Source: Callorhinchus milii (lineage: Eukaryota). From it: a stretch of DNA of 64,000 nucleotides. Under the pieces are notes generated by a model that did not search any database, was not told the DNA's origin, and saw only the letters and a list, made by a program, of their open reading frames with translations. Of the stretch, positions 28,288-42,214 are shown in pieces. Where the stretch lies: contig NW_024704742.1 in assembly GCF_018977255.1 (NCBI RefSeq), positions 77,564,001-77,628,000 of the forward strand. Reading direction: 5' to 3'. A program made the translations under genes and the position numbers. Numbering within the stretch: position 1 is the first letter of the stretch; every line of letters starts with the position of its first letter.

Positions 28288-28553
28288 TAATAATAATAAT
28301 AATAATCCTTGCATTTGATATAGCGCTTTTCACGTCGGGAGGACGTCCCAAAGTGCTTCAAAGAACACACTGTAAAGTGAATTGACTGTATATTTGTGGG
28401 CGAACGCGGCAGCCAATTGCGCACAGCAATGTCCCACAAATAGTCGTAGATTGAAAATGACCAATTTATTATTTTTTTTTGTTTTGGAGGGATTATTAAT
28501 AGCCGTGTGGAGTAAGGAAACTTGCCCAAGGTTTCGCCCTGCCTGGAGTTGAA
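28288..28553 (-). mobile_element. Same SINE, 5'-truncated, head-to-head with 28581-28902
   Basis: Reverse complement of the SINE from the B box to the tail. Confidence 0.9.
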
Positions 28554-28580
28554 TATGGTTGAGTATGACATTGCATCGTG

Positions 28581-28902
28581 GAGTCCTGTAGCTCAGTGGT
28601 TAGAGCACTCGCTTTGCAAGTGAGGGACCTGAGTTCAATTCCAGGCAGAGCGAAACCTTGGGCAAGTTTCCTTACTCCATACGCCTAATAATAATCCCTC
28701 CAAAAACCAAAAACAATAATTAAATTGGTCATTTTCAATCTACGACTGTTTGTGGGACATTGCTGTGCGCAATTGGCTGCCGCGTTCGCCCACAAATATA
28801 TAGTCAATTCACTTTACAGTGTATTCTGTGAAGCGCTTTGGGACGTCCTCCCGACGTGAAAAGTGCTATATCAAATGCAAGGATTATTATTATTATTATT
28901 AT
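28581..28902 (+). mobile_element. tRNA-Ala-derived SINE, full length (short variant)
   Basis: A box TAGCTCAGTGG, TTGCAA anticodon loop, B box GTTCAATTCC, Deu-like body, L2-type tail and (TTA)n. Confidence 0.92.
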
Positions 28903-31900
28903 TGTTAAAATCCAATCCACGACTGTTTGTGGAATACTGCTGTGTGCAATTAGCTGCCATGTTTCGCCCACAATACATAAAGTATAAATATAAAGTCAAT
29001 TCACTTTACAATATATTCTGTGAAGTGTTTTGAGACATCTCTTCAATGTGATAAGGTCCTATATCAAATGCAAGCATTATTAATAAACTGTGCTACAATT
29101 GGTGTAGATTATCAAAAAAAAGCTTCAATACCATATTAATTGATTGTATTGAATATCTTGTGACGTTCTTCAATTGGGGAAAAGTGCTATACGTTGTAGT
29201 TTTCCTTGTTTTGTTTTGGTTAGTCAGTAGTCTACTAATGTTTGCGTAAATTCGATAACAATGGACTGAAGATGTTAATGCCTTGGATAACTTTCACATT
29301 AGCATTGGCTCAGTTTTACTTGGGGGGAGGCAAGCAGGGTGTCTTGGAAATTACTTGTCTCCAAGGTGATCTGTTCCTCTGTGGTAGTCTTGAATGTCCG
29401 GTTCCTGAGACTGGTGAGTCCATAGTACTCCAGAGCACTACTGATGGCAGGGGTTTTTCCCACTGACCCTACAAACGGGGCAATACAATCTGGACAAGCA
29501 GTGAGACATTTGCCAGACAGAGATGTAGCCTGGGTTGGTTGCAGCACCGATCGCCACTGTGTAGTGAAATTTGTGGCTTTTCATGTTGTCACAAGGAACA
29601 AGTTATGAAGTGTTACAAATTTCATCCCAGCATGTCTTAATCTGAATGTCAGAAGATGTGATATTGCCACTTCCAATAGAAGCCTTCTTGTGGCCTCTCT
29701 GATTTGAGTGTGCCAATTTTTCTAGTTAAACTGCATCCATTCAGCATCTGGTTGAGAGTGCCTGAACTGACTTCACTCGTAACTGTTTAGCAGTCATCAG
29801 GGAGGAGAGGCTTTTGCCTCAGCAGTCTGGGCTGATTCCAAACCAGATGCCAGAGGCAAAAGGACAATGTACTAACCTAATCCCAGCTTTGTATGCTTTT
29901 CACCAAGTGTACATGTTTCTTAAAGTTCGGTGAAGTTGAGGCAATCCAATTATTGTACTGTAAGTCTCCTAAGACTTCACAGAAAGCTTATCCATAGAAC
30001 TTTGGGAACTATATAAAAAGAAAATGCACTCTGTGGAAACAAAGAAACTCTGTGAAAACTGTACAGCCTTACCAACTCCTTTTCCCACTACTCTTAATTT
30101 CCTTTAAAGCTTGGCAGACCTTTTAATGAGATATCAACTTGCACTGTAGATGTTCCAAGCTTCAGTTGGTGTATAATGGTAAAGTACTGAAGAATAGGGT
30201 GAATAAGTAACATTCTGAGCAAATATTTGCTTCCTATTGTCTCTTTGAAGTGCTTTGAGATGTTCATCCTATGTGAAAGGCACTATATAAAGGCAAGTTG
30301 TGGAGGTATGAGCTTCAGGAATGTAATTGGATTATGCAAACCACTGTTATGTGGAAGATGAAAACTGTTGTCAGCACAAATCAGCTTTTACAGTCTGTTA
30401 ATCTCTTTTACAGTGTGGTCTTTCAATGCACTGAACTCCCAGTGTGCCACTTTGCATAACAGTACAATGTGGCCATATTCTTCCATATTGCTGAGTTTCT
30501 AATCACATCGGTACCACAATATATTGGGAAGGTGGGGGGGGGAAGAAACTACATGGAGTTTAGGGGGGGTAGGTAATTCTCCATTGTTGGGCAAATTCAT
30601 TGACCTCGGAGGATAAGAAGATCATCTTTGCTGGCCCATGACCTTGATGTGTGTTCATAATGGGAAATATCATGATAAACTCAGGCCATCAAGGTTCATA
30701 AATTTACAGTTGACCAGAGTTACAGCAATGGGAGGTGAGGAACGTCAGAGGAACAGTCATGTCTGTCCACTCCTCTGCATCTCTTAATGGTTTCAAAGTG
30801 GAATTGGAAAGTCCTGACCACAGGCCCCTGATCTGCACACTCTCTCTAAAATGGTGCTTTGACAGGGAGGAACCAAGAAACAAAGCAATGAGAAATTAAT
30901 TTAAAAAGGGAAGCAAAATAGCTTTAAAAAGTACTATTCCTACAAGCAACAAAGAGTTTCACCACTTTCCTTCCCGTTCAAGAGCAAATCCTTTGCTTCA
31001 ATCAAACTCAGAACTCTCTTATTTCCGAACAGAACCAAACTTATCCTGCATTGAAAAAAATTATTTATGAAATAAAATCATATTACAATAGAGAGATTAT
31101 CTGGACAAGAATTTAACAGTACTGGACAGAAGTTAAACTTCTATGCATTTCAGGGTTTCATTAGAAGCAGGCAACGGAAGAATTTCCCTGCCCTCTTTAC
31201 TATAAACAGATGGCTAACAGTGGGTAATTGCATGAAATATTAGCTCCAGATTTCAGCAAAATGCACCATTTGTGCACCTTCCACAAGGTGCTTCCTGCTG
31301 TCTCTTCCGTTGCTTTTCTCAGATCTTCCCCTACATTAAAATGTAATGAAACCTCTGCCTATTAGCTTGTGGCATTGAAAAGTCCAGGCCACATAAAGTA
31401 AAGAAGCAGTCTTCTCAAGTCCCTGATATGTCAGTGTAAGACAAGGTAGGTAGCCAATTAGATCCAGCTACAATGGGGAGAAAGAGAATGGTCTTAGAAT
31501 GGAAGTTATTGCATTTTATTGCTAAAGTGCATTATGGCACATTGCACACATTTTTTGTGTCAGTGTTTGGGCATTTGTGCCATGAGCCAGTTTCGGTGTT
31601 CTCTCCGCAAGGTCAACATGCATTCTGTGAGACATTGTTTCATCAACAATTCCATGTGTGATTTCCATGTGTGATACACCATTTGTTTAAAAATGCATGC
31701 AGGTTGACCGCGCAGAGCTGCAGGCAGGCTGAGCGGGGGCTGAGGACTACAGAATATATGCTGAATTTGGAAACAAGAAACTAACAGCAGCTGTTCCAGC
31801 AGCATGGAGTCCAACTGAAGGAAGCAAGCTCTCTTTGTTGAATAAGACCTAAAGAACTCCTTGAACTGGAAGTGATGAAGAACAAGGTGAAGTTATTTTG

Positions 31901-32444
31901 GAATGGCAAGCAGCATCCCATACCATTATGTCCTCAAAATATTCACTGTCCACAGGCAAGAGAGTGTGAAACTCCCTTCTCTTCATAGAATCTTTAACAT
32001 CCAGGCACCTTCCCTAAACACTGGTCTGGATCATCAGCCTGGACCAAGTGCTCTAGTCATGATGTGGAGCTTGAACCCACAATCTTTTGATCCAGTAGCA
32101 AGAGTGCTGTCGACTGAGCCAGGCTGACACCCAAAGAGGATTGTGCAGGAATGTGTCAATACACTCAAGGGCTTCCATTCATATTGCCTCCAGAACAACC
32201 GTTGTGCTTAGTTTTGATTTAAGAGTGTCAGCACAGTCTGGCAGGATATTCAACTCTTCTCATTCAGAAGCAAATGGATTGGCAGTACCCAGTTTGAAAG
32301 GCACTGTACAGGAGGCAACATTAATGTTAAAGCCAAGTAGATACGCAATCATTACACTTCACAGCAAATCCTGTGAAGCAACATGTCTCAAAAACATGAT
32401 AAGGTGTTATGTAAAATGCAAGGATTATATTATTAAAAATCCTA

Positions 32445-32830
32445 CAACAATCCTACCATTTAATATAGTGCCTTTCAGGACGGGAGGACATCATAAAGCG
32501 CTTCACGGGATACACTGTAAAGGGTAATTAGACTGTTTTGTAGACAAATGAGGCAACCAATTTTATTTGGGGGATCTTTGGCCAGAACAGTGGGAAAAAT
32601 TCCTTTCTCTTTTCTAATAGTGTCATTGGTTCTTTTAAAAGTCCACCTGAACAGGCAGATGGGTCCTTGGTTTAACATCTCATTCAAACAACATCACCTC
32701 CAACAATACAGCACACGTCCAGCACTTAATTGGAGTGTCAGCCTGGACTATATGAGTTCAAAGTCCCAATGTGGGATTTGAACCCACAACCTTCTGAGGT
32801 AAGAGTGCTCCCAGCTGAGCCAGGCTGAAA
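32445..32830 (-). mobile_element. Old Deu-domain SINE with tRNA-like head
   Basis: Reverse complement of the same family, including the GGTTGTGGGTTCAAATCCCAC head. Confidence 0.75.
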
Positions 32831-35800
32831 TATGAGGCAAGCTGACACATAATGTACTATTATTTTTGTAAGTAAATGTTACGCCAGACTGACTGAGGAC
32901 AGGCTGGAGAGAAAAAAATCATTGGATGTGGACTCACTTGCATCATTACGATTGCAAAAGGGATTTGCATTAAAATCTCTAAATTACCTGGACTCAAAAC
33001 ATGTTATTGGACAAAAACAAAATCCTCATGCCTGACAAAGATACTAAATCCTAAAGGCATTCAAATGCCGAGTTCAACATGAAATGGCTCAAGGCACATT
33101 GCATAGAATCTAGCCTCTTATCTTGAAATATTATATAAACTAACAAGTTGGAATCATGGCTTTACGTTTAATGCAATAAAATCTCTCTGCATTACCCAAG
33201 CAGATGGGTATTGTTAGAACAATGCATGTCTAGAAGGGACTGGATAAGTTCCAACTGCATTCATACTGTTTCTTTGAACATATAAAGACTGAAGTGAGGT
33301 TGTTCCACATGAGAACAAAAAGCAAAAAAACTCATACAATCGTTACACTGATACGCCTTTTCAGAACTGTAGCAATTTGCACTTTATACAAAACTAACAT
33401 TTCCATTTTGCAGTCCTTCAGGCATTTTTTTTAATACAAGGGATGAAATATTTAACCGGTTGCGAATTTTAGTGCCCGTCTTGAGGCATTAATATTGAAA
33501 TGCTTTGCCAAAAATGGCTATTGTGGCTGAGACCGTGAGTTTCAATGAAACGTTCATCAGGAAACTGACAGTGCAAATGGAGCCTAACAGCAGAAAAAGC
33601 ACCTCAAGATATAAAACGGATCTCATCCAGAGAACCACATGTACATAATATGTTGGCCCATGAGACTCAGATTTTTCTGAGACGTAATTTACGCTGCTGA
33701 GGAGAACATTTTCAACATTCAGAACAACATTTAAAAGAGAACTGGATAAACATTTGAAAAGAAACCACATAAAAGAACACAATAGAAGATCAGGGAATTC
33801 AGATTAGAGGCGTTAACTCCAGTGCTGGCACCAACAGTTTCACAATGAGCCACATGGTATCTTTCTATGCCACAATTTTTATAATTTTGCTTAAAATGTG
33901 TGTGGAATATCATGAGTTTATGTTAATATCAACAGAATCACACAGGGACTGAAATAGGCCTGTGTCTGTGCTGGCTCTCTGAAAGAACTATCCGTTCAGT
34001 TCTACTTGCGCGCCTTTCCCACACCCTTTCATATACTCTTTTTGAAATAGTGGTGTGTTACATCGCTGGATGTGCTGTCCTAAGAATGATGCTCCTGCCA
34101 TCTTGACCAACTGTCCCCAAGATAATACTGGACGGTCAACTCATGGCTGTTTATGGGACTTACTGTGTACAAATTTGTTGCAGCTTTCACCTACGAAATA
34201 CAGAATCTTCACTTTACAGTATAACCTATGAATTGCTTTAAGGTAGTATTATTAAGAGCCATTATGGATTCTGCTTCAACGATTGTTTTTGGTAAAGTAA
34301 TGCATGCCCTAATAGCCCTCCGTGCAAATCCAAATATAGTATAACCATTTAAATTCTGACATAAAACTCCTGCTTTCTGGAAACAAACAAAAGTGAATGA
34401 AACTTCTTGAGGAGTTTTTGAAGTCAATGAAGGAGGAAATTGTTCTAAATGCTAAGTAGGCACTAGTAGCCAATTTGACCATTTTTTTAATGCTGAAATA
34501 TGTGAAATGCCGAGAACACAGATTGTTGAGGATGATAGCGAACTTCAGAGCATAGCAGAGTGCCGACTGGCTAGGAGCTAACATAAAACTAAAAGCAAAC
34601 CTTTCTAGCTCACGTAGAAGCAGCTCAATAATGTCCATTCTTTCTTGGAACAAACAATTTGTTCACTTATCAGCAGGACTTCGAAACTAATCCACTGTCA
34701 TAAACTTTAAGTCATAGTTTTCAGCATTGCCCTTTGCTAATACAGTATACACATTTTAACCCCAATGGGATTGCTTTTAAAATATGTGTACATTTCAATT
34801 CAGAAACTGCAGTAACCCAGGTTAAAAGAGTGCCTTGAAGTGATATACTTGTTCACTTTTACTCTGATGTTCCCTTGTCTTTCCAGGGGGTAATTGTTTT
34901 CAAAATTAAAATATTATGTAATCTAAACTCCAGCATCCTAGCTTGTATACCCTCATACTGTATGTTTATAATCAGTTTTCAGTCTCTGATTTCATACTTC
35001 AGAAATCCAAAATGTATCCAAGATTTCCTGTATTATAGAATCATAAAATAATAGAATATTACAGCACAGAAGGAGGCCATTTAGCCCACTGTGCCTGTGC
35101 CGGCTCTTTGGAAGAGCCACCCAATCAGTTCCACTCCCCCGGTCTTTTCCCATATCCTTGTAATGTTTTCTTTTTCAAGTATGTATCCAATTCCCTTTAT
35201 AAAGTTGTTATTGAATTTGTTTCCACTGCACTTTCAGACAGTAACATTACTACTGTAGTGTTATTGAATCATGGACATAAGCCACAAGTTCAAATCTGGA
35301 AATGTTATAAAAGAACTAGGTGGCATTCGCCATTTTTTGTGTGCAAGTGATGTGTCAAAGGGAGAAAACAGGACCAATGGAAAATTATTTAATTAATGTG
35401 ACTTTTTATTAGAATCTCAGATAGAGTTAAGGCTAACACCAATATTGTATAACACAAGGCGTAGTGGATTTTCTGCTGTTATGCCAATGATATTAGTCAA
35501 AGCTCACAAATGAGTAACCAGAATAATCACACTCGGTCATGTTCGCCATATTCACAAAAGGCTCATTGTGATTTTTGAAAGCTGCCAACGTTCAAAAAAA
35601 TAACGTAGGGGAAATGATGTAATTTGTATTAGATCCCCTAAAAAATTGATGTGTCACTAGATCACTCTGTCCTTCAACATTGAAATCAAGTATCTTATTT
35701 AGATAATATTTCCTCATTGTTCTTTTCAAAATATCCTACTTCTCATTTTGTGAGATTAAACTGTACCCGCACCTACCTACTCATTCAGCTATATCACCCA

Positions 35801-35919
35801 GAAGATTCCTTCATTCTTGCTTAGTTTTGCCAATCCCTTAATTTGGTATCTTCAGGGAATTTAGAAATGTGTTTCCCATGAATCAAAGTTGTCTAAAGTA
35901 GAAACTTGGTTTGTTCTAT

Positions 35920-36277
35920 TAATAATAATCCTTGCATTTGATATAACGCCTTATCACGACTTCAAGATGTCTCAACACTCTTCACAGAATATACTGTAAA
36001 GTGAATTGACTATATTTTGTGGGTGAAAGCGGCAGCTCATTGCGCACAGCAGTGTCCCACAAACAGTCGTGGATTGAAGTAACCAATTTTTTTTGAATGG
36101 AATTATTAACCCCAGAAAAGCAATCCACCAATTGACTAACAACCGGGTTCCTACTTGCTGCTAGGTAAACAGAGGCATGTGGTGTAAGGAAACTTGCCGA
36201 ACATTTTATCCTGCAGGGAATTGAACCCAGGTCTCTCACTTGCGAGAAAAGTGCTTTAACCACTTAGCTACAGGACT
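35920..36277 (-). mobile_element. tRNA-Ala SINE, long variant
   Basis: Carries an extra internal segment (~36105-36175) also present in 49067-49426. Confidence 0.88.
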
Positions 36278-38202
36278 ATAGCACTGATAGCTCCCAAAAA
36301 GCATCATTCCCTTCCAATCACATAAAAAAAATCCAAAGAGATAACCTGAATGTTCAAACAGATGGCTAATCGGTACTCAAGGAGTTACAATTATCAGACC
36401 AAGCAACGATATTCTATTTGATGACCTAACAGCTAATTTTAGGAATATCACATGCACATCGAGCTCTCTGTTTATGTTCTAGAAAGTCCTCATTTTGCTG
36501 ATCTTGATAAATGATAAGGTCTGCAGTGGGGATGAAGGATGGATGGGGTATGCAAAGGATCCTGATTCAGCAGTTAAATTCCAAATACGACAGCGTGATA
36601 TTTCAAATGGTGCCCCTCCCTTCAACAAGCTGGAAGATAAGATGAAGTAATTACTTGTCCAATTTTATTTAGAGCTTTGTAGTCAAACCGCGTCTTAATG
36701 AGCTGTTAGTATATTATGCTTAACTCTTTCCGCTGTAGCTTCCACACTTGCTTTCTGTCATGCATGACAGCTGCAAACATGACACTATAAATTTCCCTCT
36801 GTAATGTTGAGTAGAGTTAGAAAAACTAGCAAATGGGATTGAATGGCCATTGATTGGATCACAGTCTCTCTTTCTTTCTTAGAAGATGGTATAAACACAC
36901 CTACAAAGTTCTAATTGTCAAGAAGCAAAAGTCCACACAAAACACATTGCAAACTTACCTGTAGGGCCCATAGGAATTAATGTATCTGTTGAGAAATAAA
37001 TAATTCACACTTACTCAGCATGGAGCTCTCTTCTGAGATTGTATTGTTTGCATTGAAGCCTAATCTGCCTCTGCCCTGTGCAATACCTGACTGGGAATTT
37101 TCAGTACCATGTAAAAGGTTAAAGCAAAATATCCATTAGCCAGGACTGACATTCCTCCCCTTGATTAGCACAGTAAATTAGAAAAAGGGATACATATAAC
37201 CAAAGGATATGAGTGAAATAATACTTATATTTTGTTATAGCACCATTCACATTGGGAAGATGTCTCAAAGTGCTTCATGGGATTTACTGCAATGTGGAAT
37301 TCTGTGTATTATGTAGGTGAACGCGATAGACATTTTACGCACATGAATGTTCCCATTTTGCCATCTACGTGTCAATGGTATTAACCTCCCACCTATGTGT
37401 GATGGGAGGACGGTGGAGAGGGGTAATCTGGAATGATGAGATTGGATGGACCGAAAAGTCTTCTTCATCCAGACCAATCCTGTGATCTTGTGGTGGCTGG
37501 GTCCGAAGATTTCAGCATTGCTATTGTTGACAATGGTTGTCAGAGCCATATTTCAATGGAAAGACCAATGGATCACTCACCCAGCATGTTTATTCTGTTG
37601 ATTCCTATCACATTCAACGGTTGGTATATTCATTGAAATAAGTTTACAAAAGTGGAACAAGCCTTCTGAATCCACTGAAGAAAGGGTGGGACATCCTCAT
37701 TTGACTGCAGTATAACTGAATTCTTTACTACAACCAAAGCTGTTACTAAATGTGGATTGAAATATCTCATGGTCTCAGCCTTAGGACGTAAATTTAGAAA
37801 AAAATTGTATAAATTTAATTGTAATTGATAAATGGAACAGATGACCAGGAAGGGTCTTTTGGACTAATTAATAAAAACGTAGAGTGGGTATTTTAGAAGA
37901 ACGAGATCAAATGAAGGGTCTTCTTCATCCAAAACCTTTCTTCTATTCTTGTGAATTAGGTTTCTTTCTAAGAATTCGTCAATGCCCAGTGAAGACCTTT
38001 CTCTTCTATCATGCTTATGGTCACCTCCTCCATCCCCCCCGGCTCAGGGTCAGGCTCCGCCACCGTTCAACACTCCGAGATGCTGCCCCATATGGTGGGC
38101 ACTATAAATGAAAATTATTGTTGTTGGTGATAGTGGTGGTGATTTCTCCTGGCTGCCTCCAGTCAGTGCACTGGTTGCCTCCAGTCAGTGCACTGGTTGA
38201 CC

Positions 38203-39140
38203 AACAACAACAACAAAAATTACATTTATAAAGCACCTTTCATGTTGGGAGGATGTCCCAAGGCACTGGACAGTAATGGGGGAGGGGTGCAATAAGGGTG
38301 AGGGAAGGCAGAGAGGTGGGAGGGCAACTGAAGACATGATCGAAGAGGAGGGTCTTGAGACTGACCTTGAAGGAGGCAAGGGAGGACGCAAGGGGAAGGG
38401 CTGTGGGATGGAGTTCCAGAGTGTGGGGGCAGAGAGGCTGAAAGCCCGGCCACCGATGGTAGGGTGGGTTGGCGGGAAACATGGAGCATCTGAGGGATGG
38501 GGAGCCAGTAGAGTCGGGCGAGGGTGGGAGTGATGGGGTCACGGAGCCTGGTGCGTGAGAGTACACGAACTGCAGAGTTTTGGATGATCTGCAGCTTGTG
38601 AAGGGAAGAGTTGGGAAGACCGATGAGGAGGGAGTTTTCATAATCGAGCCTTGAGGTGACAAATGCATGGGTGAGGGTTTCGGCAGCCTGAGGGGTGAGG
38701 CAGTGGTGGAGTCTGGCAATGTTGCGGAGGTGGTGGTAGGCAGTGCTGGTCATGGCACAAATGTAGGGGAGAAAGGACAGTTCAGGGTCAAGCAAGATAC
38801 CCAGGTTCCTGACTGGCTTAGTGAGGTTGAGTGTGCAGCTGTGGAGGCTGATGCTGCCAGTGCCCGAGGTGCAGAGGAGCTGGTGCGAGTCAATCAGGAG
38901 GGCCTCGGTCTTGCTGACGTTCAGCTGGAGAAAGTTGTCCCTCATCCAGGACTTGATATCGAACAGGCAGTCGGTCAGGACACCAGTTGTCCCGGAGTTC
39001 AGGGTGGAGGCAGAAAGATAGAGTTGGGTGTCATCCGCATATATGTGGAAATTTACCCCATGTCTGCGGATGATATCACCAATGGGCAGCATGTAGAGAG
39101 TAAAAAGGAGGGGACCGAGGACAGAGCCCTGAGAAACGCC
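38203..39140 (-). mobile_element. L2 LINE 3' fragment with internal deletion
   Basis: 288-aa ORF with [12 protein letters not shown]2 tail and (CAA)n at 38203. Confidence 0.95.
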
Positions 39141-40606
39141 CCACCAAGTCTCAACACATCATTGCAACCTGCAGAATTCCTTTCAATACAATCCCAAACT
39201 AATTGACATTTATATAGTGCCTTTCACGTATGTAGTAGGTCCCAAGGCGCTACAAACCGAACCAGAATGATTCTGAGCAACTTTTCCAGTGTAGATCAGC
39301 CCCTTTAAAAGCCTCACACCACACCTCTGTGTTCAAGGCTTCAATCTGATGTGCCTACAAAAAAAGAGAGAAAATAGCTCAGAGAAGCTGTGAAAACAGG
39401 ATGAAACGGTCAGACGCAGTGAAGGGAAATGGCCTTAAAATGTTTTCTCTATCTCTGCAGCAGCAGCTGAGAGAAAGTACTGAAATGGTTGAGAATAATT
39501 AAAAATTAATAGAACATTGTCGTGGGAACACAATATCAATCCAGATGCATCGTAGAAGCACCAGTGACTAATCCAAATAAATATTGCATTTTTCGTTTAA
39601 CTCTCCCTCAACACCCCTTTTCAAGGCATGGTGCCACTAGAGATTTCTGCTTGCAAGCCAGAAAGTGTTGTTTACCAAATTGCACCGTGTAATTAGGTTG
39701 CAGCTGAGAAAGCGGCCAGTTAAAGAGGGACCGTCACCATCAGGAACGCTTTTAAATATCAAACACATCCTAATTATGATGACACCTTCAGGGGCGCCAG
39801 CTTTAAGGAGTTACTGAGGCCCTGTGTTTGGAAGGCTGAATTATCATCAGCTCAGAGAGAGCCTTTAAACCCAGGCATGGCTCAGCATCAGCTGCTTGTG
39901 TGTATCAATTCAGCTCCTCTGCATTGTCAGCCTCACACTGCCTCCAAAGCCAGTGTGCCAAGAGAAACCTCTGCTTCTGAAAAAAGCAGGTCAGCTGAAA
40001 GGGACAGCAATTAAACAAAGGACCTTGATTGTAATTATTTGGAACTATTTTTTTGTTCCCCTCCAGTTTTCTGTTCTCCTGAAGGCAGTGTCGCTTGCAG
40101 CCGGCTGCCATGGTGCCCCAGATGCTTGCTCACCATGTGTGAGCCGTGGACAACTTTGCGGCATTGATCAAACCTTGTCTCCGTTCCAAGCACTTTGCGG
40201 CAAGAGTCACTGAACAGCGATTGAACACCCCTCATTGTCTTTTTAGTCATAAGATCATTGTCATTTTAAGAACTGTGAAAAATTGGCTTTCCAATTTATT
40301 AATAATAATATCCTAGTATTTGACATGGTGCCTTACCACACCATTCAAACATGTCAAAACAATTCACAGGATTTTTCTGTAAGGTGTAGTGACTGTGTAT
40401 TTGTAGAAAAATGCGACAGCCGATTTCTGCTCAGCAATGTCCCACAAACAGCCATGAAATGAATGGATTTTATATTGGAGAGTATTGGGTTGGACACTGG
40501 GAGAAACTCCCTTCTCTTTTCAAATAGTGCCGTGGGATCTTTAACATCCACCTGAACAATCATTCGTTTCATGTCTCATCTGAAGAAATTGAATTTGATT
40601 TAATAC

Positions 40607-41808
40607 AACAACAATAAAATTACATTTATAGAGCGCCTTTCACGTCGGAAGGACGTCCCAAAGCGCTGAACAGTCAGATGTCGGGGCCCGAGCATGGGGG
40701 AGGGGTGGTGTATGGGTGAGGGAAGGCGGAGAGGTGGGAGGGAGACCAAAGGCACGGTCGAAGAGAAGGGTCTTGAGACCGGCCTTGGAGGCAAGGGAGG
40801 AAGCGAGGGGTAGAGACCGTGGGATGGAGTTCCAGAGTGTGGGGGCAGAGAGGCTGAAAGTCCGGCCACCTATGGTAGGGCGGGTCGGGCGGGAGACATG
40901 GAGCAGGCCAGAGTTCAATGAATGGAGGGAGCGGGCAGGTTGGTAGGGAGTCAGCAGGTCAGAGAGGTAGGAGGGGCCAAGGCCATGGATGGCTTTGAAA
41001 GTGAGGATTAGGATCTTGAATTTAATCCTCTGAGGGATGGGGAGCCAGTGGAGTCGGGCGAGTGTGGGAGTGATGGGGTTGTGGAGCCTGATGCATGAGA
41101 GTACATAAGCTGTAGAGTTGGGATGATCTGCAGCTTGTGAAGGGAAGAGTTGGGAAGGCCGATGAGGAGAGAGTTCCCATAATCGAGCCTTGATGTGACA
41201 AATGTGTGAGTGAGGGTTTCGGCAGCCTGAGGGGTGAGGCAGTGTCGGAGTCTGGTAATGTTGCGGAGGTGGTGGAAGGCAGTGCCGGTCATGGCTCAGA
41301 TGTGGGGAAAAAGGACAGTTCAGGGTCAAACGAGACACCCAGGTTCCTGACTGGCTTAGAGAGGTTGAGTGTGCAGCCGTGGAGGCTGATGTTGCCAGCG
41401 TCTGAGGTACAGAGGTGCTGGCGCAAGCCAATCAGGAGTGCTTCAGTTTTGCTGACGTTGAATTGGAGAAAGTTGGCCCTCGCCCAGGACTTGATGTTGG
41501 ACAGACCGTCGGTCAGCACCCCAGAAGTCCTGGAGTTCAGGGTGGAGGCAGAGAGGTAGAGTTGGGTGTCATCCGCATACATGTGAAAATTTAGCCCATG
41601 TCTGTGGATGACGTCACCAAGCGGGAGCATGTAGAGGGTGAAGAGGAGAGGACCGAGGACAGAGCCCTGAGGAACACCGCACGGAGAAACCGTTTGCTGC
41701 GACGAAGTGGAGGTGGTGTGAAAGGTAGGACCTGAACCAGTCAAGTACAGAACCTTGAATGGTGAGGTGGGAGGAGTGGTGGTGGAGAAAGATTGAGCGG
41801 TCCACATG
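40607..41808 (-). mobile_element. L2 LINE 3' fragment
   Basis: [25 protein letters not shown] and LHWLPIPQRIKFK; L2 tail. Confidence 0.95.
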
Positions 41809-42214
41809 TCAAATACTGAATTTAAGAATTTTCAGAAAATTGTGCATGTCTCAAGATAAAGACCATGAGAAATTTTGGGCCTTAGGAGTAGGAGCCTGAC
41901 TGCTTTTGATTTTTGTCCAACCCAAGACCAGATGTGTTAAGGCCAGAATACCCTCCCTACCATAGTTATAGCTTCAGCTATTTCTTAAAAGACACCTGCG
42001 TCCTGGCCTCTACATACTTAGTAACAATATAATAACGTGCTTTTGATATAGCACCTTATCACATCATTGAGACATCTGAGTGCTTCACAGAATACATGTT
42101 AAAGTGGATTATCTGTGTATTTTGTGAGCAAACCTCAGAAGCCAATTGCATACAGCAGTTTCCCACAAACAGTCGTGGATTGAATGACCACATTTTAGAA
42201 TATATTTCAAAGCA

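Noticed and set aside
28116..28571. Recurring ORFs ending ...KCKDYYYY as a gene family
   Set aside because: They are translations of the SINE and its (TTA)n tail.
28581..28655. tRNA-Ala(TGC) gene
   Set aside because: It is the head of a multi-copy SINE, continues into the SINE body and lacks a proper acceptor stem.
38155..38198. 22-bp tandem duplication beside an L2 tail
   Set aside because: Only two copies, adjacent rather than flanking the element; a trivial local duplication.
38226..39092. 288-aa ORF as a host gene
   Set aside because: It is an L2 ORF2 fragment; the same applies to the other long C-rich or G-rich ORFs.
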